Assembly: GCA_035221665.1 (NCBI GenBank)
Contig: CM069159.1
Location: forward strand, 23,870,001-23,934,000
Direction of reading: 5' to 3'
Length of the DNA: 64,000 bases
Source: Okamejei kenojei
Taxonomy: Eukaryota
Position 1 is the stretch's first letter. Every line of letters begins with the position of its first letter. The translations under genes were made by a program, and so were the position numbers. Under the pieces are notes generated by a model, which was not told the origin of the DNA, did not search any database, and saw nothing but the letters and a program-made list of their open reading frames with translations. This document shows, piece after piece, positions 23,062 through 35,500 of this stretch.

Positions 23062-24654
23062 TTAAGGGAGAGACTGATGGTAGTGTCTAAAGCATTGGAC
23101 TCTGCACAGCGGCACTTGACAAAACTCGCACATGAAGGAGGTCTCCACTGCTCTCCCGGACGCGGTTTTGCGCTTGCACCGCGAGCACTCCCGGCACACT
23201 TTCTTGCGCCCCTCAATCTTCACCATGTTGTGTGCTCTGGCGTTGCTGAAGCCCGCCTGGTACCTGGTTTCCGCCGACGAGGCCAGCCTGCCCTTCCTGC
23301 ACCCTCCCGCAGAGTAATCCCCACGCAGCATCTTGGCCAGCGCCGTCCTGAAGTTGAGGTGGTCATAGCGGCTGGGGAGCGGCGGGTCGTGAGATGACCT
23401 CTTGAAGATAAGCCAGGCATTGACGATGGTAATGTTCAATGAGAACCACAAGAGACACCTCCACCACTTTTTGGAAGGGCGACCCACGGGGTAATAGCTC
23501 CTCATTTGATCCGAAAGGTCAACGCCGCCCATGTACTTATTATACTCGGTGACCACCTGAGGTTTGACCACCCCCGAGCTGGCAATCATCTTGGTGCCTT
23601 GATTGTTTGACAGCGTGACTACCTGTCGCTTGTCCTTCCAGATGGTCAACAACAGCGATCCCTTCTGAAAGAACCGAACGTCGCCCTGTGTCTTGAGCTT
23701 CACCCTCCTGGCTTGTGCGGGGATGCCTCTGCGGGCGAGGTGTGCGGTGCAGCAAGCCCTGGTCCCTCGCTCCTCCAGGTGCTCCAGCAGGACGGGGCTT
23801 GCGAAGAAGCGGTCAAAGTACACGTGGTGGTGGCGGTGGAAGTAGGGACGACACAGCTCCAGCACCACGTCGTGCCCGGTGCCGTGGGGCGACGCCGGCC
23901 CCCGCCGCCCCGTGTACACCTTGAAGTTCAGGCAGTAGCCCGTGACAGATTCGCACAGCATCCACACTTTCACCCCCCACTTTGTCGGCTTGGCCGGGGC
24001 GTACTGCTTGAAATACAGCCGCCCTTTGTAAGCCACCATGCCCTCGTCCACGCTCAGGTCGCGGCCCGGGCGGTAGCTTTGGCCAAAGAGGCAGCGCACC
24101 ACCTCCATCAGGCCTCGGACTTTGTACACCGGGTCGTGCCCGGGGTCCGATCTGTCCAGGGCGCCCCTGTTGTCCCGGAGATGGAGATACTGGTTTAGTT
24201 TCCAAAACCTGTCTCTGGACATGGTAGAAGAGATCCATGGGCAGCGGAGGGAGGTGTCTTGGCTCCAGTACAGGGAGATGCGAGGCAGTTGCTTGATGCC
24301 CATCATGATGTTGATGGCGAGGAAAGCCTTGACTTCCTGGGACTCTGTGGGGGTCCAAGAGGAATCCCTTTTGCCTGCTTTCTCTTGGCACTGGGCAGCG
24401 TAGCGATTGGTTTCCACGGCTATGGTGTCGAACACAGCGTGTGGCCAGAGCAACGTGAAGTAATCCAGTGGGGTGGCGGTGCCTGGGAGCTGGTGCTGGG
24501 GGCCGCTGGGTTCAGTGAAGGGCGGCACATGAATATCTTGTAGATCAGTGGTCCACTCCACACCCTGATGCCCATCCGCCTCGTTCCCGATGGACGATTC
24601 TCTCTCTCCACGTCCCATATCCTCAGAAGACCTCACACCGCTCTCAGATTCCAT
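23062..24654 (-). CDS. piggyBac transposase / PGBD4-like protein, uninterrupted (530 aa from MESESG; ORF open to ATG at 24792)
   Basis: DDD triad in LSVDEGM, VYFDRFF and MGGVDLSDQ; KQYAPAKPTKWGVKVW motif; C-terminal cysteine-rich domain CRECSRC...CEFCQVPLCRVQCFRHYH. Confidence 0.93.
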   Translation of the reverse strand: MESESGVRSSEDMGRGERESSIGNEADGHQGVEWTTDLQDIHVPPFTEPSGPQHQLPGTATPLDYFTLLWPHAVFDTIAVETNRYAAQCQEKAGKRDSSWTPTESQEVKAFLAINIMMGIKQLPRISLYWSQDTSLRCPWISSTMSRDRFWKLNQYLHLRDNRGALDRSDPGHDPVYKVRGLMEVVRCLFGQSYRPGRDLSVDEGMVAYKGRLYFKQYAPAKPTKWGVKVWMLCESVTGYCLNFKVYTGRRGPASPHGTGHDVVLELCRPYFHRHHHVYFDRFFASPVLLEHLEERGTRACCTAHLARRGIPAQARRVKLKTQGDVRFFQKGSLLLTIWKDKRQVVTLSNNQGTKMIASSGVVKPQVVTEYNKYMGGVDLSDQMRSYYPVGRPSKKWWRCLLWFSLNITIVNAWLIFKRSSHDPPLPSRYDHLNFRTALAKMLRGDYSAGGCRKGRLASSAETRYQAGFSNARAHNMVKIEGRKKVCRECSRCKRKTASGRAVETSFMCEFCQVPLCRVQCFRHYHQSLP

Positions 24655-24848
24655 TACAATTTTAAAGCAGACCGGCCAATTGGACTTTTCTTCCCCCAAA
24701 CCCCAAAACGTTTGGTTCATTGACAGAACACATGCAATGTTCGACAATACCGCGCTGTGGGGGGGAAAAGAAGGTATAGTCAAAACGCGCATTTGATCTT
24801 TTCAATGGTGCCATGCCAGTAACCAGCTTAGAGAGAGTAACCAACAAA

Positions 24849-25363
24849 ATAGAGAGAGTACAGAGGAGATTTACTAGAATGTTGCCTGGGATCCAGCAAC
24901 TATGTTTCAGAGAAAGGTTGAACAAGTTAGGTCTTTATTCTTTGGAGCGCAGAAGGTTAAGGGGGGACTTGATTGAGGTCTTTAAAATGATGAAAGGGAT
25001 AGACAGAGTTGACGTGGATAAGCTTTTCCCATTAAGGGTAGGGAAGATTCAAACAAGAGGGCATGACATGCGAATTAAGGGACGGAAGTTTAGGGGTAAC
25101 GTGAGGGGGAACTTCTTTACTCAGAGGGTGGTGGCTGTGTGGAATGAGCTTCCAGCAGAAGTGGTGGAGGCAGGATCGATTTTAACATTTAAGAGTAAAG
25201 TGGATAGGTATATGGACGGGAAGGGAATGGAGGGGTATGGTCTGAGTGCAGGTAGATGGGACTAGGGGAAAACAAATGGTCGGCACGGACTGGAAGGGCC
25301 GAGAGGGCCTGTTTCCGTGCTGTAATTGTTATATGGTTATATGGTTATATGGTTATATGGTTA
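24849..25363 (+). mobile_element. 5'-truncated CR1 LINE immediately upstream of the piggyBac ORF
   Basis: IERVQRRFTRMLPG...LGLYSLERRRLRGDLIEVFK...FFTQRVVAVWNELP; (ATATGGTT)n tail; flanked by the TSD-like ACCAACA(A/T)AA. Confidence 0.9.
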
Positions 25364-27234
25364 CCAACATAACCAGTTTACGTCTGATAATAGACAATAG
25401 ACAATAGGTGCATGAGTAGGCCACTTGGCCCTTCGAGCCAGCACCGCCATTCAATGTGATCATGGCTGATCAAACATGATAAAGGTCCCACCCGAATTTT
25501 TTTTTCCTCCAGAGATACTGCCCGATCCACTGCGTTACGCCAGCACTTCGTGTCTATCTATCTACGCCAGACTTGCTGGCATTTCATTTAGAAATCTGCG
25601 AGCTACCAAATCCCATTGCAACGGTGCCTGGTCCCCTCAATATGGGGAAGTGTCGCTAGGCTGAGAAATGCTGCCATTTCTTCTCTCGTTCATCTCTAGC
25701 GAATTGCGGAATAGCTTCGGTTGGAAGTGGCCGATGCCCGAGTGGATTCCCCCTCTGTGTTGTGTTTCTTCCCAAACTTCGAATATCAATGCTAAACTTT
25801 TATTTTGTATTTTTCATCTGCAGCGGGTCATTTGGGGAAGTTCTGCCTCAATGACCTAAGATCATTGGTGTGACATTGATCTCTCTCTGCCACAGATGCT
25901 GCCTGACCTGTTATGTATTGACAGCACTTTGTTTCAGAATGGGGGGGGGGGGGGGGGGAGGTCCCCCTCGCTTGCTTCTCTTGCCACCTGCCACGTCCTC
26001 TGGGATTCAGCCTGATTGATGCTGAGTCCTCTTTTGGACAGCATTCCCACCTTAGTGCCGGACATTCTGTGCCCTTGCTACTCTAGTTCAATTGAATAGA
26101 ATGGAATACCTCATTGTCACAGTGACATTCTTTGCTTGCATACCCAAAGTATGCAATAGCCGCCATATGAAGGGTTCCTTCAGAGGGACATTCAACATGG
26201 AAGAGTTCAGCAAAGTGTTTAAAACTGTGATCAAATTGACCATGTTTGATCTGATAGAAACATAGGTATAGAAAATAGGTGCAGACGTCGGCCATTCGGT
26301 CCTTCGAACCATTCAATATGATCATGGCTGAACAACCAAAATCAGTACCCCGTTCCTGCTTTCGCCCCATATCCCTTGATTCCGTTAGCCATAAGAGCTA
26401 CATCTAACTCTCTCTTGATTACATCATTCATGGATGGGTTTTATGGGGTTCAAATCAATGACTTTCATTGTGGTGGGTCTGTCCATACCGAGCGAACCGA
26501 GGAAGAATCTGAAAGAAGAATCTGATTCTATCAATATGGTTCTGTCAAGTTTGTGATGATCGATCTGTCGCAACGCATGAACAGGGAGGGACATTATGAA
26601 GCGGGACTGTCTTTGTTATACAATAATCCGTCTGCAATGCCAAAACCAATATCACTTACTTCAATGTTTGTGTCGCACTGTGTTACAAATGGTCCCAATT
26701 CTTGGCAATAACGTGGCAAACTATTTTACATCCCCTACAGTGCAGTACCCAGCACTGAGCACTATCGCCCGATGTTCTCCACAGACGCTGCCTGGCCGCC
26801 GAGTCACCCCAGCACTTTGTGTAAACCAGTATTTGCAGTTCTTTAATTCTACACCAGCCCGGCGTTCAGCCGGACCCGTTCTGACTCGGTAACCGGTGAA
26901 TTAACCGATGCCAGGCTCGTGTAGAAATATACAGGGTCTCGACCCGAAACATCGCCTATCTCTTTACTCCAGAGATGCTACCTGACAAACTTGCTGTGTC
27001 CTTTCGCCCAGCTCACACCGCAGTCACAGGACAACTGTTCCCCGACACGCAGTCAATAACTGATATCCCCAAAAGTTAGGGAAACCAGAATATAAAATGT
27101 TGCCTTTCTTTCACGCATTTTAAAACATTGCTTAGAATCTGTAATAAAATGTGGCTCTTTGGTGACATTTTGCAGAGTGGGAGAGAGAATAACAGAGCTG
27201 CAACTGTGAAGGGACCAAACATTCTTGAAACTGG

Positions 27235-27420
27235 ATGGGGAAGGTGGAGAGGGGAGGTGAGGAAGGGGGGTGGTGGTAAGAGGTGAGGAAAGGAGATAAG
27301 AGGGGAGGAGAGGGGGGGGAGAGAAGTGGAATGAGAGGAGAGGATAGAAGAAGGGAGGGGTGGGGAGTGGAGAGGAGCGGGGGAGGGGGGAGGGAGGGGG
27401 AGGGAAAGGGGAGGGGTGGA
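27235..27420. repeat. Purine/G-rich low-complexity tract
   Basis: Long GA-rich run with many G-tracts. Confidence 0.85.
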
Positions 27421-28705
27421 GGTATTGCGCGTGTGCATCGGGCGGTTCTCCGGAGCATTGGAGAGCTGGAGCCCGCAGCCGGTCCCGGAGCGCCCGGCAC
27501 CGGCCGGCACGGGCCGTGTGCGCAGGGAATGGGTTAGAGACCAAGAACCGGGGAACCAGCGGCACTTAGCATTGAGTTAAAACTAAACTCTCAATTGCAA
27601 ATAGTTTAATAGCTGCAGATATTATACATATTGCAATTGACACCTGTGGCATTTGCTGTTCTTGTACAGTAAACCCGCAAGGACAAGCTGCTGGCTTGCT
27701 CTACTTTGTAAGAAATATTTTAACCCAAAGCATGTATTTTGTCAGGTAGCAACTGAAATTAAAAGACAGACCCGGGGACGCAATCCAGGTACAAGATTGA
27801 AATATGTTTGCAGTTTCTAAAATAAAATCACAATTTACAGAACATAAAAAATCATTTCTATATGCGTTGGGAAAATGTAGTTTGTGTTTTAAACCGCACA
27901 GTCTGCAAAGAAATCGGACTAACTATTGTTATCAACCTAGCGTGCATGTAGGGTTTTAAAACGTGATTAATTTATAGCTCAGACGTTTGCTGAGGTCTGG
28001 TTACTGCTTCATTCGCCCAAATTGACGATCTCACTCGTACATTTATGTCAAGGACTTGCTCCGAAAGATTTTAGTTTGCCTTTAAGCGGCCTTACATCTA
28101 TCTAGTAGCAAAAATATATCACGATGGAACCAAATACCAATCGTTTCACTTTCCAACCCTTGCATAAAACAAGGGTTTGTCCTCCTCCTTCAAAGCAAAC
28201 TCCAAATTAACGCGAAAATAGGGATTTGATCGCATTTGCTGTTGGTCCGCGCTCACCTGCCAAACCCGAGTCTACATTCAACGCGGGCACACAAAATGCT
28301 GGAGAAACTCAGCGGGTGCATTTTGTATACCCTCGATTTTCCAGCATCTGCAGTTCCTTCTTTAACACTTGTCTACATTCAACGCTATTTATATATTTTG
28401 TTACCGCTAAAGCGAATAAACAGCCTGCCTCGTTGGCCGCTATGTTAGCGTTACAATTTCCGGGCAAAGATTTATTACAAAATATATATTTGTAAATACT
28501 TGTTGTGGAGTATTGTCCGTGAATGCTGATAAGTATAATTACCAATAGTCATTTTAATAAGGATCCCATTAACATTCGGCTGTATTTGTGACGGTCCACT
28601 TACTGAAGTTAAAGCATAGCAGTTTGATATTTACTTTTAATTAATTGCAAAATCCCTCCCCCCCCCCCCCCCCCCAGAGTATAAACCTTTTGATATTGAT
28701 CTTAC

Positions 28706-28760
28706 CGAAGAGCAAGATTGTCGCGCCTATCGCGAACACGAGGTTCCTGTAAAACTGCAT
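28706..28760 (-). CDS. CD3 gamma/delta-like leader (signal peptide) exon
   Basis: 55 coding nt, MQFYRNLVFAIGATILLF(G)|gtaaga, phase 1. An acceptor (tttcctctctaaag) 11 nt upstream of the ATG implies an upstream non-coding exon. Unit B CDS totals 501 nt, in frame. Confidence 0.8.
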
Positions 28761-29274
28761 CTTTCCGATCCCTTTAGAGAGGAAACAAATCAAGATAATC
28801 CGTTTATTTTAAAGGTCTGTAATATTAAATTTCGCAGACTAATGTGATGCTCAGACTGTTACTTCTCCTGGGGTTGAGGAGGCGCTTTGTGCCGCTGAAC
28901 CCCCTTCAGATGAACAACAGGAACCGGCGAGGTGGAGACACAAGGAACTGCAAATGCTGCTTCACCCAAACCGTGAGGACTCGGCGATTCCGCGGTCCTG
29001 CAGCAGACGTCATAATGGCAGCGGCATCTGCTTTAAGGAACATTAACACTACAGTCTTGCAGTTCTCATTCTTTTGAATTTAAGGCGCGCCAGACACAGG
29101 CGTGCCGGAGTTATTCAGCGGGTCAGGCAGCATCTCTGGAGAAGTCAGGATGCTTCATGCTGCCCGATCCACTCAGTTACTCCAGCACTTTGTGTCTATC
29201 TTTGGTATGAACCAGCATCTACAGTTCTATGTTTCTACATCTCAGACACAATATTCTTGGCCTTACGGACGCCA

Positions 29275-29735
29275 TGGAATCATACAGCGTGGAAACAAGC
29301 CTTTCAGCCCAATTTGCCCATGCCGAGCAAAGTGTCGAACTAAGGCCGGCCCATTTGCCCGCGTTTGAGCCATATCCCTTTAAACCTTTCATATTCATGT
29401 ACCTGTCCAAATGACTTCAACATGGCGTTATTGGACTTGTCTCAACCACTTCCGCTAGTTCCACACAGTACCTCTCTGGCTCTTATTAAACCTCTCCCCT
29501 CAGACTTTAAATCTACGCCGTCTAGTTCTTGATTCCACAACCTCGGGTAAAAGGATGTGTGCCTTCAACATTTCTATGCTCCTCATGATTTAATACACTT
29601 CTGAAAGATCACTCCTCAGTCTCCTACCCTCCAAGGAATAAAGTCCCAGCGTGCCCAATCTCCCCCTTTTTACTCGGTCCCTTCACCCCTGGCAACATCT
29701 AAATCTTTTCTACACGCTTTCCACCTTCATGGCAT
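29275..29735 (-). mobile_element. Degenerate CR1 LINE 3' fragment
   Basis: Reverse-complement CR1 3' UTR and RT tail. Confidence 0.7.
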
Positions 29736-29899
29736 CTTTCCTGCGGCTCCCTGGGTGACCAAAACTGAACACCTACATGGGGAGAGCCAAGAATGGAGGA
29801 ATGTTTATCAAGAGCAGAAAAGCAGCCAGCACTGATTTGAAGAATTCCACAACCTTGGAGTTTGTCCTTGCCACACGTGCCCATTAGACTATCTCACAG

Positions 29900-31300
29900 T
29901 AAATTATCCAGTCCCACCTCACCACCGCCCCTGACCAACAATTAGCTGAAAGCACCACCCACCCCATGAGACTGTTTGACGTTCTCGGGAGCTTCACTGC
30001 TGAAGTGATAAAACTTGCTGGAGATGAAATTCAACGACATATCCACATCTTGATCTCTCGCATCTGGGAAGAGGAGATAATGCCAGGGGATTCCAGGGAT
30101 GGCAATGACCACATGAGCTTCAATGGTAATGGTGATTGAACAGTATTGTCAGCCACAAGGTAAGTCATTGTAAGAGATCTTGTCAATTGCCTCCTCCTAG
30201 TGGCTAAAGATCGGTTCACCAGTTGTGAGAACTGCAGGATGCTGCACTAACTATTTGACATAGTGTTTAATGACCTCATAAAAGCTTTTCACTTGGTTGG
30301 TCGAGAAGGGCTGTTTGGCATCCTCATACTTAGCTGGCCACGGAAATTCCTCTTCGTTTTAATCTGCTTGATCTCGGCTTGCAAGTCTTGATTTTAACGA
30401 ATGGTTCCACAATAAACCCAATTTCACTGTAGAGTGGTGTTAGGCAAAGTTGCATCATTGTCCCAAAACATTGGGTTGTAAGTTCTTGCTACAATACTGC
30501 CCGTTACCTCCAACAAGCTCGCTGGTGGAGAGGAACTAATCGACAGGACATTCAGGAAATCTTTCAACCTACTCACCTCCACTCATAGAGTCACACAGCA
30601 TGGAAACAGGCCCTTCGGCCCAACTTGCCCACACTCTAGCTCAGTTGTTGAGTTGCAATACATGGACAACACTGGTACATGTGCATGTTCAGAGGCAGAG
30701 CTTCAAGTCGTAACTGACTCACTCACAGATCCAATTGAATGGATGAGCCATACACTTAACCTCAACAGAATAAAGATCCTCTCTCAAACTGTCCCCTATG
30801 TACAGAACATCACCTGACAATAAAGGTTCATGATGAGACCTTGGAAAATGTGGACCACTTCCCACCATCTTGAGCGCCATCTCTCAACAAATACAGCCAG
30901 TAATAATCTGGACATCATCATCTTCAGAGCACCAGCACAATCTCTGGCTGTTGGAGGGGGTATGAAGATCAAGACCTCAAACTGGCAGAATGCTCATGGA
31001 CTAAATGGCAGCAGTGATTCCCACCCTCCTACCCACTTATGAGATAGGGCCAACTTTCAACCCTCATCCTAAAACAATTCTGTCTGGGCAAGATTGTCCA
31101 ATCCACTGTAGGTGGGTAAAATAAGCAGCATTAGTGTACCCTACTCTTCCAGACCATTGCCCCAGCATTGAAACTTTAGTCACACTCAAAGTTGAGTCTG
31201 ATGGGCAGGCCATTTCATTTGTTGGCTGAACATCATTCACAAAACAGATACTCAACTCCAGATGAAATTTTCAAGTCTGATAATGAAGCCTTCATGAACA
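29900..31300 (+). mobile_element. Highly degenerate RTE-clade LINE
   Basis: Remnants such as LISRIWEEEIMPGDSRD, VFNDLIKAF and SGVRQSCIIVP across many frameshifts. Confidence 0.55.
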
Positions 31301-32269
31301 CATGTAACATACTCATTTTCCAATAGGAACCCCTTCATTCTTCTAAACTCCAAGGTATACAGACCCCAATTATCTCACCTTTCTTGATAGGACAATCCTC
31401 TCATCCCAGGGATTAGCCTGGTGAATTTCTTCCACATAACCTCTTACCCCATTTTGCCACACTACACCCACTCTATTTAGAGATGGATAAGTTGATGTAC
31501 TGGTTGTTATTGAAACCCTACTGCATGGAGCCAAGATTCAGACCTGCCCACAAAGCTTTCCCTGCTGACTTGCATTCACTTCCAAGCTGAAACACCGAGT
31601 GCTGTATGACTGAGATACCCTGAGGGTATGAGGGATGAAGCTTTATTACTCAGGATTACTCAGCTCCGATAGAAGTGAAAGCTAGGAAAACCAAGTACAA
31701 AAACATAAAGGGCTTGCACTTATATGGCTCCTCAAAATGCCCTTAATCTCTTTACTTCTATTTAAAAAAAGTACATCAGGACTGTCACCATTACTGTAAT
31801 GTAGGAAACGCAGCAGCCAGTTTGTATATTGCAAGGTTCACACTCACAGTAACACATTAAGTGTTTATTTTAGTGATGCCTGTCAAGGGGTAAGTATTGG
31901 CCCGAGCACTGGGGAGTAGGACCTGCCGCTCTTCAAAATAGTGAGGTTCAGTGGGGAAGGTAGAACAGGCCGGAGTCTGTTCCAAAAGAGGGTCACAACA
32001 CTGTGGTCCTTCGGTATCCGAGTGGAGGTGTCAGCCTCGATTATGTGATCAAATGACCCCAGTTGTACGTTGCACTCAGGGGCACGTGTGATATTCACCA
32101 AACAGAATTGCAGTGCACGGGGCTGTTATACAGTATAAAGGCTTTGGCTTTGTCCAGCCCTGCTAATCTGGAACAAAGGAGCCCTGAACAGTCACCCAAC
32201 ACTCTGAACACTGGCACCTGATAGTCCCCTCTCTCTTTTTCTCTCTCTCTGGCGAGCCTGCAGTAAACT

Positions 32270-32590
32270 CACTTACTCACTTGTTCAACCACAATTAACT
32301 TGAGGTTCAGATATCGTTATGCCTTTCAAATTTAAACAACCCCCCATTGAGCACTTAAAGTATGGGTTGTGCGAAAGTGCCATAGCAACAGGCATACACT
32401 GAAGAGATTGGCGTGTAATTAACCATGATCAAGGAACACTGACCACAGCCAGGAGGAAGTTCTTCCTGGACACGCTGTGGGACACTTTGAAAGGATTTGC
32501 TCAGTTTCTGAGCAACATTTCTCAAGCAACATATTTCAGAAAGAAACGTTTATTGAAATGGCTCTGAATTATTTGAGAAAGCTAGAAGAC
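32270..32590. promoter_or_regulatory. Candidate bidirectional promoter for CD3 gamma/delta (-) and SAXO-like (+)
   Basis: X-box-like GTGCCATAGCAAC 32377-32389 and forkhead TAAACA about 32333; RUNX AACCACA 32287 and GACCACA 32441; ETS AGGAAGT 32454; minus-strand donors (gtgagt/gtaagt) at about 32267-32280. Confidence 0.45.
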
Positions 32591-35500
32591 ATGGAGTTCT
32601 CGGAGTTCTCGTGCCTGTGTGAGCTGTGTGATTGTGGGTAAGAGTGTCTCCAATATAGGCAAGGTTAAATAGGTTAGTGTTTAACACGGCGCATTTTGTA
32701 ATGTTTTCCGTTCAGCCCAAAGCTTATCACAGTTGAGGGAGCACTTCTGAACTGTAACCTCTGCTGTAATATTGTAATGTACTATGATCAATCAGTACCG
32801 TGTGTAGAATCATGAATGAATTTGCAAGAAATATTATTACAGTTAGTTTTGCCACATTCCACTTTATTGTTTAAGTGTATATCCATAAACAGTAAACCCT
32901 AATCCTTCCATTCTTCAGTTCCTCAACCCCCTCCCCCCCCCAAAATCATTGTTACCCAATCTCATCTTTTGAACCCCCACCTGAGCCTAGCATCTCAGCA
33001 TTGTACTTTCGTTTCCACCCCTTCATATACAATGAATCTCAACGCCATTCTATCTTGTACCAAACTCTACTCCTTCCACATTAAGGTTACCTGCCCACCA
33101 TAGCCGCAGTTCTATCCTAAGCCGCTACATTCTACTTATCACCGCAGTGACGTCACTACGTCCTTCTACCTGAACCCCCAACTTTACTTCTACTCCATTC
33201 CAAATTCTACCCTTCTATCGAAGCAACCAGTGGCTGGGGTCCCTTGCCAGCAAAGTTCAACACCAGTAACTGCTAAGGTAGCTGGTCATTGATCACCGCA
33301 TCTCTGACATCACAATATCAGTGACATCTCAGAATAATTAGTCCCAAAGTAGGGTAGGATTCATTGAGCCCGAGGTACAACTGTTGATCACTATCGATTT
33401 GTGCTGCTGGTAAGTGTCCATGGATTTTTTAAATCTTAACCATGATGTCCCATTTGGAATGCCCTGCCTATTCTCACACTTGAATATGGTCTTTTGAATG
33501 AGGGTGTTGGGAGGTAACCAGTCAATATCCTCAAGTTTGGAGGAGAAACATTTTAGAACATTAGTCATTGTAATTCTGAAGTTCTTTATTGGCCATTGAG
33601 CACTTTGAGCTATCCAGTGGGGACACGACTGGCTCGACTTGCAAGATCTCTATTATGAGCATTGCCGCAAGTTTGAAAGAAATCCCTGGACTATCATAAT
33701 ACTCGCATATTAATCCCATCCTCCTTCACCAGGAGTGTGGAAGTATTGAGCTTGGAATGGTGATGTTGGTCTTGCTAATTTAATGAGAACATTGTGCCTG
33801 ACTGAAGACATGACAAATAGGAGCTGCAGGTTAGATGGTTATCCTTTGCAATGCTGGAAATTGAAATTTGTGTTCTTCTGTTTTCAGACGGACAGGTTTG
33901 GCAAGCATGCAAGTTTCTGTTAAACATTTTACTTTTTTCGGCACTCTCATTGGGTAGTGATAAGCACATCTCATTCCAATTGTTCCATGTTGACTAATAT
34001 TGACAAGATGTGATAACGGCGAGAGACTGCACTTAAAGTAGGAACATATGACATCATCTTCTTAGGACTTCACAAAGAATGGTCAGAATATCTAAATGCT
34101 AATATGCTATTAACTGCAGAAGAGAGAGATTTATGGACACACGTATACTATTACCCTAATTTTTAGTGACAATGTATATAAATAACATTAAACTATACAG
34201 TAACGTGGCTAGAGAGAAATGCTAACTAAGATCAGAATGAAATTGCCTGTTTCAGGTTGGTAGCTGTAACTGCTGGGATCGTATCAGGGACTTCATGATT
34301 CACAGTTCATATCAGCGACGTAATAAAGTACTCAGTATACTCTGCGCAAATTTGCTGCTAAGATGAAGGTGGCAAAGAATCTGAAAAGGAACAAATAAGT
34401 TAAGAAAAAATTGTGACATGGTATATAATGTAAGAAATATGAGGTTATGCACTTTGAGAGTAAGAGTAGCAATACAGATTGTTGCATCGACAGAAGGAGA
34501 CTATAACATACCGAGGGATGAGGGTGACATCATATGAAACTCATCTCAGCACGCAAATTGGAGAGAAAATGGAGTGTGGTCTTTGCGGTAAAGGGCATGG
34601 AGTATATAAAAGTAGGCAAATGTCTCTATAACTGATAAGGGTTGACAATATATAAAATGTCTGTTGTTGGTTGGTAACTAGTTTCACCTGGTTACAGCTC
34701 CCTGATGAATTCTTCCTTCTCCTCCCCTCTAGTCAACACAAATATCATCAGAATTGCAAGAAGAAGCAATCACTTCAACGGCACTCAGTAAGCACAGACT
34801 GGCTCCTAACCAACTACCAGTCGTCCTTCAGGCGACCTCTGAGTAAGAACCTTTATTACGCTGTAATATAGTTGCATATCTCCACGTTATATTGATTAGG
34901 TGATATCTGCCTTCTCTATTCTCCGCTTAGCTTTGTTTCTGGTTTTGAGAAGCATTCTGGACTGACCCACAAGCTGGACATAAGACTCAAATAGATTCCA
35001 GTCAAAGGGGCAGTACACAATGTCTTAAAATTGGAGATTAAGATTGTTAGGTTCAGATCCCCCAATGATTTCCATGCTCCCTAAATCCTTGTTTCCAGAG
35101 TTACATTTAATAAAGGAATACACCCTTTCCCAACTGCCATGCTGTATGCCAGGTCTAATATACACAAGGCACATATTACTTTTGCCCCTTTATACAACCA
35201 GGCTCAAGACTACATCTCTTAAGATGTACTGGGAGTATTCAACAATTAAGGATAATTTTCCCGGATACGACTGAGAGAAAAATCCCCCCAAATATTCTAG
35301 AGATTTTGAAGAAAATTCTGTTTTGGGATTTATTTTCTTTGTAAGCAGGAAGCTCTATTTATGTTTGCAAATTTGATATTTTTCATAGATCTTTGTACAG
35401 TATCTTTGTAAACACAATACGTATTTAATGTAGTAAACCATTCCAATCAAAGGAGTGCAATCAAACAAACTTCGACACCAAGGAATGTAAAGGAACAGGC

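Noticed and set aside
23713-24543. Several overlapping or antisense ORFs of 60-190 aa
   Set aside because: Shadow ORFs of the GC-rich transposase.
27053-27565. Pro-rich ORFs in several frames
   Set aside because: Produced by the low-complexity purine/pyrimidine tract.
24754-28760. In-frame CD3 leader-transposase fusion protein
   Set aside because: The leader donor is phase 1 and the acceptor is phase 2 for the transposase frame; the joined frame stops after about 12 codons.
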